This document shows, in pieces, positions 10,111-19,407 of a stretch of DNA of 64,000 nt (the first letter of the stretch is position 1; each line of letters opens with the position of its first letter). Both the position numbers and the translations under genes were made by a program. Under the pieces are notes generated by a model, which ran no database searches, was not told where the DNA came from, and saw only the letters and a program-made list of their open reading frames with translations. This DNA comes from Spirochaetia bacterium (lineage in GTDB: Bacteria > Spirochaetota > Spirochaetia > UBA9216). The stretch spans positions 2,240,001 to 2,304,000 of the forward strand of contig OY776510.1 in the NCBI GenBank assembly GCA_963675665.1. Direction: 5' to 3'.

Positions 10111-10398
10111 CCTTTCCTCCTGTTATCAAAACTTGGTAACCAACCCCGTAATATCAAGTTGGTTAGGTGTTTATCAAAATATTATTTATAATAATATGAA
10201 TAAAACGCCGGAAATTCAAGACTAATTTCGGTCGTTGGCCGATAAAATTTGCCTGTAATATGCATATTAAGTCTTTTATATTAAAATAAAAATATCCTTT
10301 ATTTTTTGTATTTGAGATACTATAATTTTCTCTTAAGAAATAAAAAAATAATTTTAAAGTGGTTCATAAAAAAGAAAACACTATTTCGGGGAGTTGTG

Positions 10399-11493
10399 AT
10401 GGACAAAGAGACCGCTTTAAAAATTAAGAAAGATCTATCCAGAAGAAAAAACAGACAGCTTAATCAATATGTCGCGGATATCACGGGAATGCTTGGGAAT
10501 TTAAAATCCGTTTCGGAAGATGTTTCCACTGAACTGGACATGAACAACAATATTCTGGAGCGCAACTTTGACGGGCTGATTAAAACACTCGTTAATTTTG
10601 ACGAATCGATAATATCAATAAGACAGAGCATTCTTAAAGAGAATGACGCAGTGGATAATGTAGCGGCATCTTCAGAGGAGATGGCCAGAACAGCTGATTC
10701 AATTTCTGAGAATATTACTTCGCAATCGGCTTCTCTTATTGAGTTTTCTTCGGTCCTGGAAGAGATGACCGCATCAATTAATAATGTTGCTACATCCACT
10801 TCAGAAGCTACAAATCTTGTAACTGAAGTATCAAAGACCGCAAAAGAAGGCAACCGGTTTGTTGAAGAAAACCTGAAAGCAATAGAAGACATCAAGACTT
10901 CTTCCGAGCAGATAACCAGTATAACTTCGGTAATTCAGCAGATATCAAGCCAGTCGAATCTTCTTGCAATGAACGCATCCATAGAAGCCGCCCATGCCGG
11001 GGAGCATGGACGGGGTTTTGCCGTCGTGGCGGAAGAAATGCGTAAAATGGCGGAAAGCAGCAGCACTGAAGCGGATAAAATCTCCAGGATAGTAAAAGAA
11101 GTAATGGATAAAATCGATCAGGCTGTCAGCGTAACCAGGCGTGTTACGGAAAATAACAATACCATTTCCAACGGAATCGGAAGAATCCTGGACATAACAA
11201 GCCAGATTATGGATGCAATGCAGGAACAGTCTGCAGGTACTGAACAGGTATTGAAGGAAGTTAAGTCGTTAACCGACGGAACAGCAGAAATAAAATCCGC
11301 AACCGGGGAACAAACAGGGGCGAACAGAACACTTTTAAATTCAATTACGGAATTGAGACAGGCAGCTGAAGATGTAAACAGAATTCTTGCTATTGAAGAA
11401 ATAACCCGTAACGAGATTGTTGATATCATTAATAAATCAGGAAGATCGTTTATCCGCAATACTGATATAAGCAGAAAACTGAACGGAGGTTGA
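10399..11493 (+). CDS. Soluble methyl-accepting chemotaxis protein (signalling domain only)
   Basis: [35 protein letters not shown] hairpin tip; no hydrophobic TM segment; start reassigned to ATG 10399 after GGGAG. Confidence 0.9.
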   Translation: MDKETALKIKKDLSRRKNRQLNQYVADITGMLGNLKSVSEDVSTELDMNNNILERNFDGLIKTLVNFDESIISIRQSILKENDAVDNVAASSEEMARTADSISENITSQSASLIEFSSVLEEMTASINNVATSTSEATNLVTEVSKTAKEGNRFVEENLKAIEDIKTSSEQITSITSVIQQISSQSNLLAMNASIEAAHAGEHGRGFAVVAEEMRKMAESSSTEADKISRIVKEVMDKIDQAVSVTRRVTENNNTISNGIGRILDITSQIMDAMQEQSAGTEQVLKEVKSLTDGTAEIKSATGEQTGANRTLLNSITELRQAAEDVNRILAIEEITRNEIVDIINKSGRSFIRNTDISRKLNGG

Positions 11494-11499
11494 TAGAAA

Positions 11500-12030
11500 A
11501 TGGATATAGATTTTGTTCAGCGTTTTGATACAAGAAGGAATTTCCAGTACGTTAATGATGAACCGTCGGTTATGCATTGTCATCATTATGCAACATTATT
11601 CACAAAACTTGCCATGGATAACAAGGCCCTGAACGGACCGCAGCTTCTGTCTGATTCAATGGAAGACAGTATTTTTCTTGTTTTGAAAAAATATTATCTG
11701 AGGCATGAAATTTCATCAGTAAATATGAAAATTGAGGTTGCAGAAGAATATTTTTCCAAAATAGGAATGGGAAAAGTTTCAATCAGGTTCTCAGAGAGCG
11801 GAGGGAGTGCAAGAATGACCAGGTCCCATATTGACGAAGGCTGGCTGAAAAAATGGGGAAAGAATTCCGAACCTGTGAACTACATTAGCTGCGGCTATCT
11901 CAACGCTGTTTTTTCGCTGGCTTCAGCTTTACCTCTCAGATCTTTTCGGGCGGTTGAGAAAGAATCGATTGTTACGGGAAGCTCCCATTCAAATTTTTCA
12001 ATAACTCCCGCAGGAGGTAAGCTATCATGA
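11500..12030 (+). CDS. V4R/XylR_N-like small ligand-binding protein with HCHHY motif
   Basis: GMGK..., SHIDEGW, PVNYISCGYLNAVF, E.ESI..G...F pattern typical of V4R-fold proteins. Confidence 0.55.
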   Translation: MDIDFVQRFDTRRNFQYVNDEPSVMHCHHYATLFTKLAMDNKALNGPQLLSDSMEDSIFLVLKKYYLRHEISSVNMKIEVAEEYFSKIGMGKVSIRFSESGGSARMTRSHIDEGWLKKWGKNSEPVNYISCGYLNAVFSLASALPLRSFRAVEKESIVTGSSHSNFSITPAGGKLS

Positions 12031-12620
12031 TAGACAGAGATACTGCAATTGATGCCTTGTCGAAAATTAAAGTCAAAGGCAACAGCGACGGTCTGATACC
12101 GTCCTTTAATGTTCTGGTTAATTTTCTTCCCAGTTATTTCTGGAATACCTTTTCCGAGAAAATTCTTAAACAAACCGGAGACGATCCCGGGTTATATGCA
12201 AAAATAGAAGAGGGTCTTGAACTTGCCGCTGCGGAATGCGGATATCATACTGGGTACGGAATAATTACAAGCGAGGAATTCCGGTCGATAATCGGGCCAA
12301 TGATAGAAAAAGAACCTGATGATGTTCTTCACGGCGCATACGCTGTTTTTACAGCATGGGGCTGGGCCGATGCCGAGATTACCGAGTTGTCTCCGGCGCG
12401 AATGACTATAAAGGTAAATGACTATTATGAATCCGATATTATCGATACATTTAAGGTCACGAAGCCGTTTGCATATATGATTAAAGGCGTTTCCAGGGCT
12501 TTTATGGATCTGGGATATGGGAAACCGTATCCGGACGGGCTCGGGATGCATGTCTGCAGGCAGACAAAAGCAATAGAACTCGGCGACAGTTACGGAGAGT
12601 TTGTTGTTACAAAAGCATGA
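12027..12620 (+). CDS. Second V4R-like protein
   Basis: AWGWA, YYES, YMIKGVSRAF, CRQTKAIELGDSYGEF resembles the V4R C-terminal pattern; ATGA coupling on both sides. Confidence 0.5.
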   Translation: MIDRDTAIDALSKIKVKGNSDGLIPSFNVLVNFLPSYFWNTFSEKILKQTGDDPGLYAKIEEGLELAAAECGYHTGYGIITSEEFRSIIGPMIEKEPDDVLHGAYAVFTAWGWADAEITELSPARMTIKVNDYYESDIIDTFKVTKPFAYMIKGVSRAFMDLGYGKPYPDGLGMHVCRQTKAIELGDSYGEFVVTKA

Positions 12621-13762
12621 TATATTTCAATAACGCTGCTACGTCTTTTCCCAAACCTGGTGAAGTCATCGAACGTGTTAACAGGGTTCTCAGGGAAACT
12701 CCGGCAGAGCAGTCAAGGGGCGCCGGTGCTGCCGGGAGTGCATCTCCTGATTCCTGCAGAAAAACGGCTGCATCCTTTTTTAATCTGAAAGACAGCAGGC
12801 AAATTATTTTTACATCGGGGGCGACCGAGTCGCTGAATACGCTGATTTTCGGGATGACTGAACCCGGCTGCAGGGTTGTTACAACTGTTACTGAGCATAA
12901 TTCAGTATTAAGACCTCTTTTTCAGCTTGAAGATCGGGGGGATATTGATCTCTGCCTGGTCGGATGTGACAGGCAGGGTTATATAGATCTTGATTCATTG
13001 GCAAACGAGCTTAAAATTGCAACCGATCTGGTTGTTATCAATCATGCTTCGAATGTTACCGGGGCAATTCAGGATATTGAAAAAATAATTGATATCTGCA
13101 ACCGATCAAAGACACCGATAATACTTGATGCTTCTCAGTCGGCCGGGCATATACCGGTATCGGATTTCGGCTACAATAAAATTGCTGTTGCGTTCACCGG
13201 CCATAAAGGTTTATTCGGTATTCAGGGCAGCGGAGGATTCTATATTTCACCCGGAATAAAATGCCGTCCGTTCAAGCTCGGAGGCACCGGAAGCCGAAGC
13301 GAATCAAGGCAGCAGCCTTCCGAATTCCCGGTATATTTTGAGGCCGGAACCAGAGGCCTGCCGGGTATCTGTTCGATGGATGCCGGAATGAAATGGATTA
13401 CAGATCAGAATCTTTCCAAAATAGAATCAAGCGAAGCCCGGCTAAGGAATCTGCTGATTGATGGGATTTCCGGACATAAAAAGGTAAAATTATTTGCTGC
13501 GGATCGGATGTCAAAATCCACCGGATTACTTTCATTCGCTATTGACGGTTTTTCACCGGATGACATCTCCTATGTTCTCGAGAGATCTTTCGGAATAATT
13601 ACACGTCCCGGTCTCCACTGCGCGCCGCTTATGCATAAAGCGATAGGGACTTACCCTGAAGGAACAGTAAGAATAAGTTTCTCTGTTTTTAACAGTAAAG
13701 ACGAAGTTCTGCAGCTTATTAATGCAGTTGAATCAATAGCCGAAACTGTGGCGGCAGTATGA
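12617..13762 (+). CDS. Class V PLP aminotransferase, cysteine desulfurase family
   Basis: YFNNAATSFPKP, FTSGATESLN, EHNSV, HASNVTG, DASQSAG, TGHKGL (PLP Lys), EAGT, RPGLHCAP (catalytic Cys). Confidence 0.9.
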   Translation: MIYFNNAATSFPKPGEVIERVNRVLRETPAEQSRGAGAAGSASPDSCRKTAASFFNLKDSRQIIFTSGATESLNTLIFGMTEPGCRVVTTVTEHNSVLRPLFQLEDRGDIDLCLVGCDRQGYIDLDSLANELKIATDLVVINHASNVTGAIQDIEKIIDICNRSKTPIILDASQSAGHIPVSDFGYNKIAVAFTGHKGLFGIQGSGGFYISPGIKCRPFKLGGTGSRSESRQQPSEFPVYFEAGTRGLPGICSMDAGMKWITDQNLSKIESSEARLRNLLIDGISGHKKVKLFAADRMSKSTGLLSFAIDGFSPDDISYVLERSFGIITRPGLHCAPLMHKAIGTYPEGTVRISFSVFNSKDEVLQLINAVESIAETVAAV

Positions 13763-14043
13763 AGATAAACGGATCAAGGATGCTTGAAGACTGCCTGGAC
13801 GGTTCGTTTATCTTTGAGCTTAGCTATTCTGAACCTGTGACAGAAGAGGCGATCCTTATCCTGAACACTCTGGGTGAGCTTGAATATTTTTCAAGCTTCC
13901 CCAAACCTTTTTACCGTCTTGTACAGAATGATAACTTCCAGTTAAAGGGTGTTGAAGGCGAAACAACATCCCGGCTTTTTCTTTTTAAGGGATCGCTTAA
14001 GCACCTGATTGATGAACTGAATACGGTTTTTAAATTATTATAA
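13759..14043 (+). CDS. Small hypothetical protein, last gene of MCP operon
   Basis: 94 aa, ATGA overlap with desulfurase stop; EDCLDG and FPKPFY motifs. Confidence 0.75.
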   Translation: MKINGSRMLEDCLDGSFIFELSYSEPVTEEAILILNTLGELEYFSSFPKPFYRLVQNDNFQLKGVEGETTSRLFLFKGSLKHLIDELNTVFKLL

Positions 14044-14145
14044 CCATATCGGGCAGTTTTTAGGGAATGCCTGTTTTTAACGCTCCGGCCGCGACAGATA
14101 AAATAATAAGCTTGTTGAGGTACAATTGCTGAATTATAATGAGGC

Positions 14146-15915
14146 ATGTTTTCTTCAATCCAGAGCAGAAATACTTTATCCATTATTGCAGCTGTTGTCC
14201 TGTTTCTGGCTGTTCTTCTGCTGGTTAACTACCTGCTGTTAAGGGATTTCTCACTTGAACACGCGGAGCGGACCTCGACGCTGATACTCGACAGCGCCGA
14301 TTCCCAGCTTGATATAATTTTCAATGAGATAGAAGCGCTGGTATTATCGATGACGACTGTAAGGGCGGTCTATGAGGTTTATATTGATGATATGTCGGAG
14401 CTGTTTATCAACAATGTGCTGGTCAGGCAGCAGAATGTGCGGGCTATCTATCTCGGAACCGAGGACGGCCGGATGTTCGAATGGGGCGTCGGGGAAGGTT
14501 TTACTGATTATACTCCGAAGTTCCCTGAAGGATATGATCCCCGGGTAAGACCCTGGTACCGTCAGGCTGTTGAATCCGACAGTTACGGGTTGACGAGTCC
14601 GTACATATTCGCGAGCATTGAAGCCATAGGCATAACCGCCGTAGCCCCGGTCTATAATAAGGAAGTGCTTGTCGGCGTGCTTGGGCTGGATCTGATCATG
14701 CATGGCCTGGATAATGTCGTCGATTCGCTTGATGTTCCGATGGACGGAAAGGTGATGCTGTTGAACAGCGATATGGCCATTCTTGTAAACCAGTTTTTCC
14801 CTACAACCGAAGCTGTTACCGAGCTGGAGACTTTCCGGCACCCTGAGCTGATACAAACTGATGAAAGCTTTATCATTGCGGATGTTTACGGCGCACAATA
14901 TATGATCAGCACCGTTGAAAACCTTGAAACCGGCTGGATTATGCTGCTGTTTCTGCCGTACAAAAGGATTATGAATTTTTCACAGCAGATAATCATGATA
15001 ATTATATTATTTGATATTCTGCTCACCTTTCTCCTGGGATCACTTATAGCCTTTATCACGCGCAACCTTGTTACGAATCCGCTCGACAGAATTATATCGA
15101 TTTTCAGACGCTTCGAAAGCGGAGATATATCAGCCCGGATTCCGGACCTTCCCGGGCGAGAGTTTGGTCTTATTTCGAGGCTGTTTAACAGGCTTTCAGA
15201 TCAGTCCGCTGAATTTACCCGGACAATGGAAGGTAAGGTCGAGCAGAGGACTCAGGCGGTAATACGCCTTCAGAAGGAGAATGTAAGGCTTAGAATTATA
15301 GAAGAGAAAGAGCGGATATACGGAAACCTGCATGATTCTCTCGGCGCAAGGCTTACGAGCATCAATATCAGTAATCATGTTGCCAGGAGTGCGCTTGAAC
15401 GCAATGAAAAAATCGTGCTTTCAGAGATGCTTGATCGTATTGAAAAGAATACCGGGCAGGGAATTCAGGACTTAAAGGAAATTCTGAAAGCAGGGGAGGG
15501 CGATGCGGCAGGCCCTGTTGAGCTTCTGGATTATATCGGGAGGACGGTGCGTGAAAGGCTGGCGCTTAAAGATATAAAGCTCGAAACCAGGCTGCCTTCG
15601 GTTGAAGATGCTGCAATATTTGAGCCGGATTTTATCGTTAACTGCGAAAAGATTATTCAGGAGCTGGTTTCCAACACAATGAAGCATTCCGGCGCCGCCC
15701 TTGTGCGGATCGAACTTGATCTGGAGTCGAATAAAATCAAACTTAACTATATGGATAACGGAAACGGATTTGTTTTAAAAGATGCTCTCAGGAACGGGTT
15801 CGGACTTCAGGGGCTTTACAGCAGGGCTGAAAGAATGGACGGCATATTAAAGATTTCTTCACGGCCGGGCAGGGTTTCGACTTTTAATTTTCAATTCAGG
15901 GCCGGTGAAGAATGA
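14146..15915 (+). CDS. dCache-HAMP sensor histidine kinase (HisKA_3/NarX type)
   Basis: Two TMs, YDPRVRPWY dCache motif, HAMP, ERIYGNLHDSLG, QELVSNTMKHS, DNGNGF, GFGL. Confidence 0.9.
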   Translation: MFSSIQSRNTLSIIAAVVLFLAVLLLVNYLLLRDFSLEHAERTSTLILDSADSQLDIIFNEIEALVLSMTTVRAVYEVYIDDMSELFINNVLVRQQNVRAIYLGTEDGRMFEWGVGEGFTDYTPKFPEGYDPRVRPWYRQAVESDSYGLTSPYIFASIEAIGITAVAPVYNKEVLVGVLGLDLIMHGLDNVVDSLDVPMDGKVMLLNSDMAILVNQFFPTTEAVTELETFRHPELIQTDESFIIADVYGAQYMISTVENLETGWIMLLFLPYKRIMNFSQQIIMIIILFDILLTFLLGSLIAFITRNLVTNPLDRIISIFRRFESGDISARIPDLPGREFGLISRLFNRLSDQSAEFTRTMEGKVEQRTQAVIRLQKENVRLRIIEEKERIYGNLHDSLGARLTSINISNHVARSALERNEKIVLSEMLDRIEKNTGQGIQDLKEILKAGEGDAAGPVELLDYIGRTVRERLALKDIKLETRLPSVEDAAIFEPDFIVNCEKIIQELVSNTMKHSGAALVRIELDLESNKIKLNYMDNGNGFVLKDALRNGFGLQGLYSRAERMDGILKISSRPGRVSTFNFQFRAGEE

Positions 15916-16562
15916 TAAATCTGGTTATAGTGGAAGATTCCAAGGATACACGTGAAGGCCTCAAGTATCTGCTGCGGCTCGAGGAAGGCATAAGGGTGCT
16001 TAAAGCCTGCGAGAGTGCTGAAGAGCTGCTGATCGATTCTGATGTGCTTGGCAGCGTGGATATTGTATTGATGGATATCGAACTGCCCGGGATGAACGGA
16101 ATCAAGGCCACCAGAAAGATAAAAGAATTAAGGCCGGAGGTTGATGTCCTGATTCTGACGATTTTTGAAGAGCAGGAAAAAATTATCAAGGCTATTCAGG
16201 CCGGAGCTTCCGGCTATATCCTCAAGAACGCTGCGCCCGGAGAACTAGTCGGACAGATTAAAAGCGTTGTAAAAGGCGGCTCTCCAATAAGTCCCGGGGT
16301 AGCGCGTACGCTTCTTGAAGAATTCAGACAGAAAGAGAAAAGAAATAAAAGCACCGAAGATTACGATCTGACTCCCCGTGAGATTGAGGTTTTCAAGGCG
16401 ATAGTTGAAGGTTATACATACAAGGAAATGGCGGACGAGCTCAATATAGCTTCTTCGACAGCCAAAAAGCACATCCTTCATATCTATCGAAAGCTTAACG
16501 TTACTTCAAAGGTTGAGTTTATCAAGAAGGTTATTGATGAAAATATTCTCGAAGACCTGTAA
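15912..16562 (+). CDS. NarL/LuxR-family response regulator
   Basis: VED, MDIELPGMNG, GASGYILK, LTPREIEV...KKHILHIYRKL. Confidence 0.95.
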   Translation: MINLVIVEDSKDTREGLKYLLRLEEGIRVLKACESAEELLIDSDVLGSVDIVLMDIELPGMNGIKATRKIKELRPEVDVLILTIFEEQEKIIKAIQAGASGYILKNAAPGELVGQIKSVVKGGSPISPGVARTLLEEFRQKEKRNKSTEDYDLTPREIEVFKAIVEGYTYKEMADELNIASSTAKKHILHIYRKLNVTSKVEFIKKVIDENILEDL

Positions 16563-16564
16563 TA

Positions 16565-16640
16565 TACGCCAAATGGTGTAGAAACCGTAAAAGCAGACTG
16601 AAAAAATATAAATATTCACCTCCTATGGTCCATATACGCC
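16565..16640. promoter_or_regulatory. Candidate NarL-type 7-2-7 operator plus a repeated half site
   Basis: TACGCCA-AA-TGGTGTA at 16565-16580; ATATACGCC recurs at 16562 and 16632. Confidence 0.45.
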
Positions 16641-16701
16641 GGCATAATTCCGTGGTGTTATTAATACAATACAAATTCGGACTGATTTATTTGGAGGAAA
16701 A

Positions 16702-18000
16702 ATGAGTACAGAGAAGAAAAAACCTTTTGACTGGTATTTCAAGTCAAATCTGCTGATGCGAATTCTAATCGGCCTTATTGCGGGTGCGATAGTGGGAATT
16801 ATTTTCGGCACCAAAACAGCATGGTTGAATCCGTTCGGATCAATCCTTGTCAATCTGCTGAAAATGATTGTTATGCCGGTTGTTCTTTCGACGCTTGTCG
16901 TGGGCGCTGCAAGTATAAACCCGTCTACACTGGGAAAGATTGGGGTTAAGATCATTGCATTTTATCTGCTGACTTCGGCCTTTGCTGTTGCTGTCGGTCT
17001 GCTGATGGGAAATATTTTCAAACCCGGTCTGGGGCTTGAACTCGGTGCAGCAGCCGATGCCGCCGGCAAAGCCCTGGCTGCGCCGAAACTGTCAAGCACG
17101 CTGATTGCCATTATTCCGAATAACCCGTTCGGGTCCATTTCGGGAGGGGCTGTTCTTCCGACTATCTTCTTCGCCATCATTCTCGGTGTGGCAATCTCAT
17201 ATATCAAGCAGAGTGATAATGAGCGAATCAAAAAAAGCGGTGAAACACTGTTTAATGCATTCGACGGTCTGGCCGAGGCAATGTACCTGATTGTGCGCGG
17301 CGTTCTTCAGTATGCTCCGATTGGTGTTTTTGCGCTTATCGCTGTAGTTTTCGGCCAGCAGGGAGCAAAGGCCGTCGGTCCGCTCGGAAGCGTGACCCTT
17401 GCAGCCTTCCTCGGGTATGTGGTACATGTAGTTATTGTTTACGGTTTAATATTGATGCTCTCAAAGATTAATCCTTTGACCTTCTTCAAGGGAGCAAAAA
17501 CCCCGATGATAACGGCTTTTGTAACTAGAAGTTCCTCCGGAACCCTGCCTGTAACAATGAAGGCTGCTGATGAGAACTTCGGTATATCCAAGAACGTTTA
17601 TTCCTTCACCCTGCCGCTGGGCGCAACCATAAATATGGACGGTACTGCCATTTACCAGGGCGTTTGTGCCCTTTTTATCGGTTTTGCAATAGGCATGCCG
17701 CTTTCTTTCGGTCAGCAGCTTACCGTTATTCTTACGGCCGTTCTCGCATCAATAGGAACAGCCGGTGTTCCCGGCGCCGGCGCGATCATGCTTCTGATGG
17801 TCCTGAATTCCGTAGGACTTCCCGTTGAAGCCGGTACCCCGGTAGCCGCGGCATACGCGATGATTCTGGGAATCGATGCAATTCTTGATATGGGACGGAC
17901 TGCAGTTAACGTTACAGGCGATATGACCGGAACTCTTGTCGTCGCCAAGAGCGAGAAACAGATCGATATGGAGAAACTGACACGGAAAGCGGAATTATAA
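16702..18000 (+). CDS. Dicarboxylate/amino acid:cation symporter (DAACS, GltP/GltPh-like)
   Basis: [42 protein letters not shown]. Confidence 0.95.
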   Translation: MSTEKKKPFDWYFKSNLLMRILIGLIAGAIVGIIFGTKTAWLNPFGSILVNLLKMIVMPVVLSTLVVGAASINPSTLGKIGVKIIAFYLLTSAFAVAVGLLMGNIFKPGLGLELGAAADAAGKALAAPKLSSTLIAIIPNNPFGSISGGAVLPTIFFAIILGVAISYIKQSDNERIKKSGETLFNAFDGLAEAMYLIVRGVLQYAPIGVFALIAVVFGQQGAKAVGPLGSVTLAAFLGYVVHVVIVYGLILMLSKINPLTFFKGAKTPMITAFVTRSSSGTLPVTMKAADENFGISKNVYSFTLPLGATINMDGTAIYQGVCALFIGFAIGMPLSFGQQLTVILTAVLASIGTAGVPGAGAIMLLMVLNSVGLPVEAGTPVAAAYAMILGIDAILDMGRTAVNVTGDMTGTLVVAKSEKQIDMEKLTRKAEL

Positions 18001-18749
18001 TAGGAGGAGGAGTCGGCCCTGCCGCAGGGTTACGGCTCCATCATCTTATTCTTGAGCACACCCTGACCGCAGGACGCGATCAGGACCATCTCAGGATAAT
18101 CCATATGTGTCTGCCCGACATGGTCTCCGACCGGACTGAAGCGCTTCTGAGCGGAAATCCGGGTGATCCGGGCCGCGGTATGGCTGATGTAATAGCCGCC
18201 GGGGCTGCAGCATACAAAGCCCTCGGGTTGAAAGGTATTGCAGCTGTTCCATGCAATACCTTTCATGCCGGACCGATTTGGAGCAGCTTCAATGCCCGGC
18301 TTGATGAAACCGGCGTTAATGTTCAATTAATAAACATGATAGAAGAAACAGTCTCAACCGTTAAAGAGCTTGTGCAGCCGGGCGGAACCGTTGGGCTGCT
18401 TTCAACAACAGGTTCGCGCAGGATCGGCCTTTACAGCGGGCCCCTTTCTGCCGCCGGTTTTAAAATTCTTGAAGCCGAAGACCAGGCGGCTGTTCACGAA
18501 ATAATTTATAATACGGAATGGGGACTCAAGACGGCGCCTCCGGTAAGCGGGAAATCACGACAGAAAGTGATCCGTGAAATTGACAGGCTGATGGAACGGG
18601 GCGCGGACCTTGTAATTCTCGGCTGTACCGAATTCCCGCTTGCTTTTGATGGAGAAAACAGACCCGGCAAACTGCTTGATCCGATGGAATCGCTTGCAAA
18701 AAAACTTGTAAAAACTGTTGACCCTGCTAAACTGAAAAAAACGGACTGA
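17982..18749 (+). CDS. Aspartate/glutamate racemase family protein (start codon non-canonical or mutated)
   Basis: Frame continues upstream of the 18105 ATG as [14 protein letters not shown]...DQDH; PCNTFH and LGCTE catalytic Cys motifs. Confidence 0.85.
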   Translation, partial: TESGIIIGGGVGPAAGLRLHHLILEHTLTAGRDQDHLRIIHMCLPDMVSDRTEALLSGNPGDPGRGMADVIAAGAAAYKALGLKGIAAVPCNTFHAGPIWSSFNARLDETGVNVQLINMIEETVSTVKELVQPGGTVGLLSTTGSRRIGLYSGPLSAAGFKILEAEDQAAVHEIIYNTEWGLKTAPPVSGKSRQKVIREIDRLMERGADLVILGCTEFPLAFDGENRPGKLLDPMESLAKKLVKTVDPAKLKKTD

Positions 18750-18756
18750 AATCACC

Positions 18757-19315
18757 ATGACATCCGAAAAAAATGGAGGCGGCATGTTTACATCTATTCA
18801 GGAGCTTGTTTCTGTTCATAAATTAATCTCACCCTATATACACCGCACTCCGGTTATGAGTTCATCAGCGTTTAATAAAGCCGCAGGCTGCACGGTTTTT
18901 TTCAAATGCGAAAATTTTCAGAAGATGGGCGCATTCAAAATGCGGGGCGCCATGAACGCGGTTCTGGCCCTGAACGCAGAGCAGCGCGGCAGAGGCATTA
19001 TCACGCATTCGTCGGGCAATTTCGCTCAGGCGGCGGCACTTGCCGCGCGGAATATCGGAATCAGGGCAACCATTGTAATGCCGTCGAACGCACCTGAAAT
19101 TAAAAAGGCGGCTGTCCGCGGATACGGCGCTGAAATCGTCGAATGTGAGCCGACAAACGAAGCGCGTGAAGCCGTAACGGATGAAGATTGTGATTGAACC
19201 GTCGGCTGCCGTTGCGCCTGCTGCAGTATTGAAAAGTCCGAACATTTTCAGGGACATGGAAGTGGGCATAATTCTGTCAGGCGGAAATGTTCAGCTTGAC
19301 AAGCTCCCTTTTTGA
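18757..19315 (+). pseudogene. Serine/threonine dehydratase (serine racemase/hydroxyaspartate ammonia-lyase-like) with internal deletion
   Basis: N-part with RTPV, KCENFQKMGAFKMRGA, HSSGNFAQA is joined out of frame to C-part MKIVIEPSAAVAPAA...ILSGGNV (19181-19315); central Gly-rich loop absent. Confidence 0.85.
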
Positions 19316-19407
19316 GGTTTTTACCAAAAATCGTCGATGCCGGGTTATAATTCAATAAAATATCATTCATAAAACAAAGATATAAAAGGCTTGGAGGCTT
19401 AGATCTG

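Noticed and set aside
10216-10245. Sigma28 promoter (GCCGATAA at 10238; also 30102 and 34535-34542 minus)
   Set aside because: The -10 matches but there is no TAAA-type -35 at the expected spacing; plausible for the MCP operon but unsupported
19195-19197. TGA readthrough or selenocysteine in the dehydratase
   Set aside because: The C-terminal homology is in a different frame and the middle of the protein is missing, so a deletion explains it
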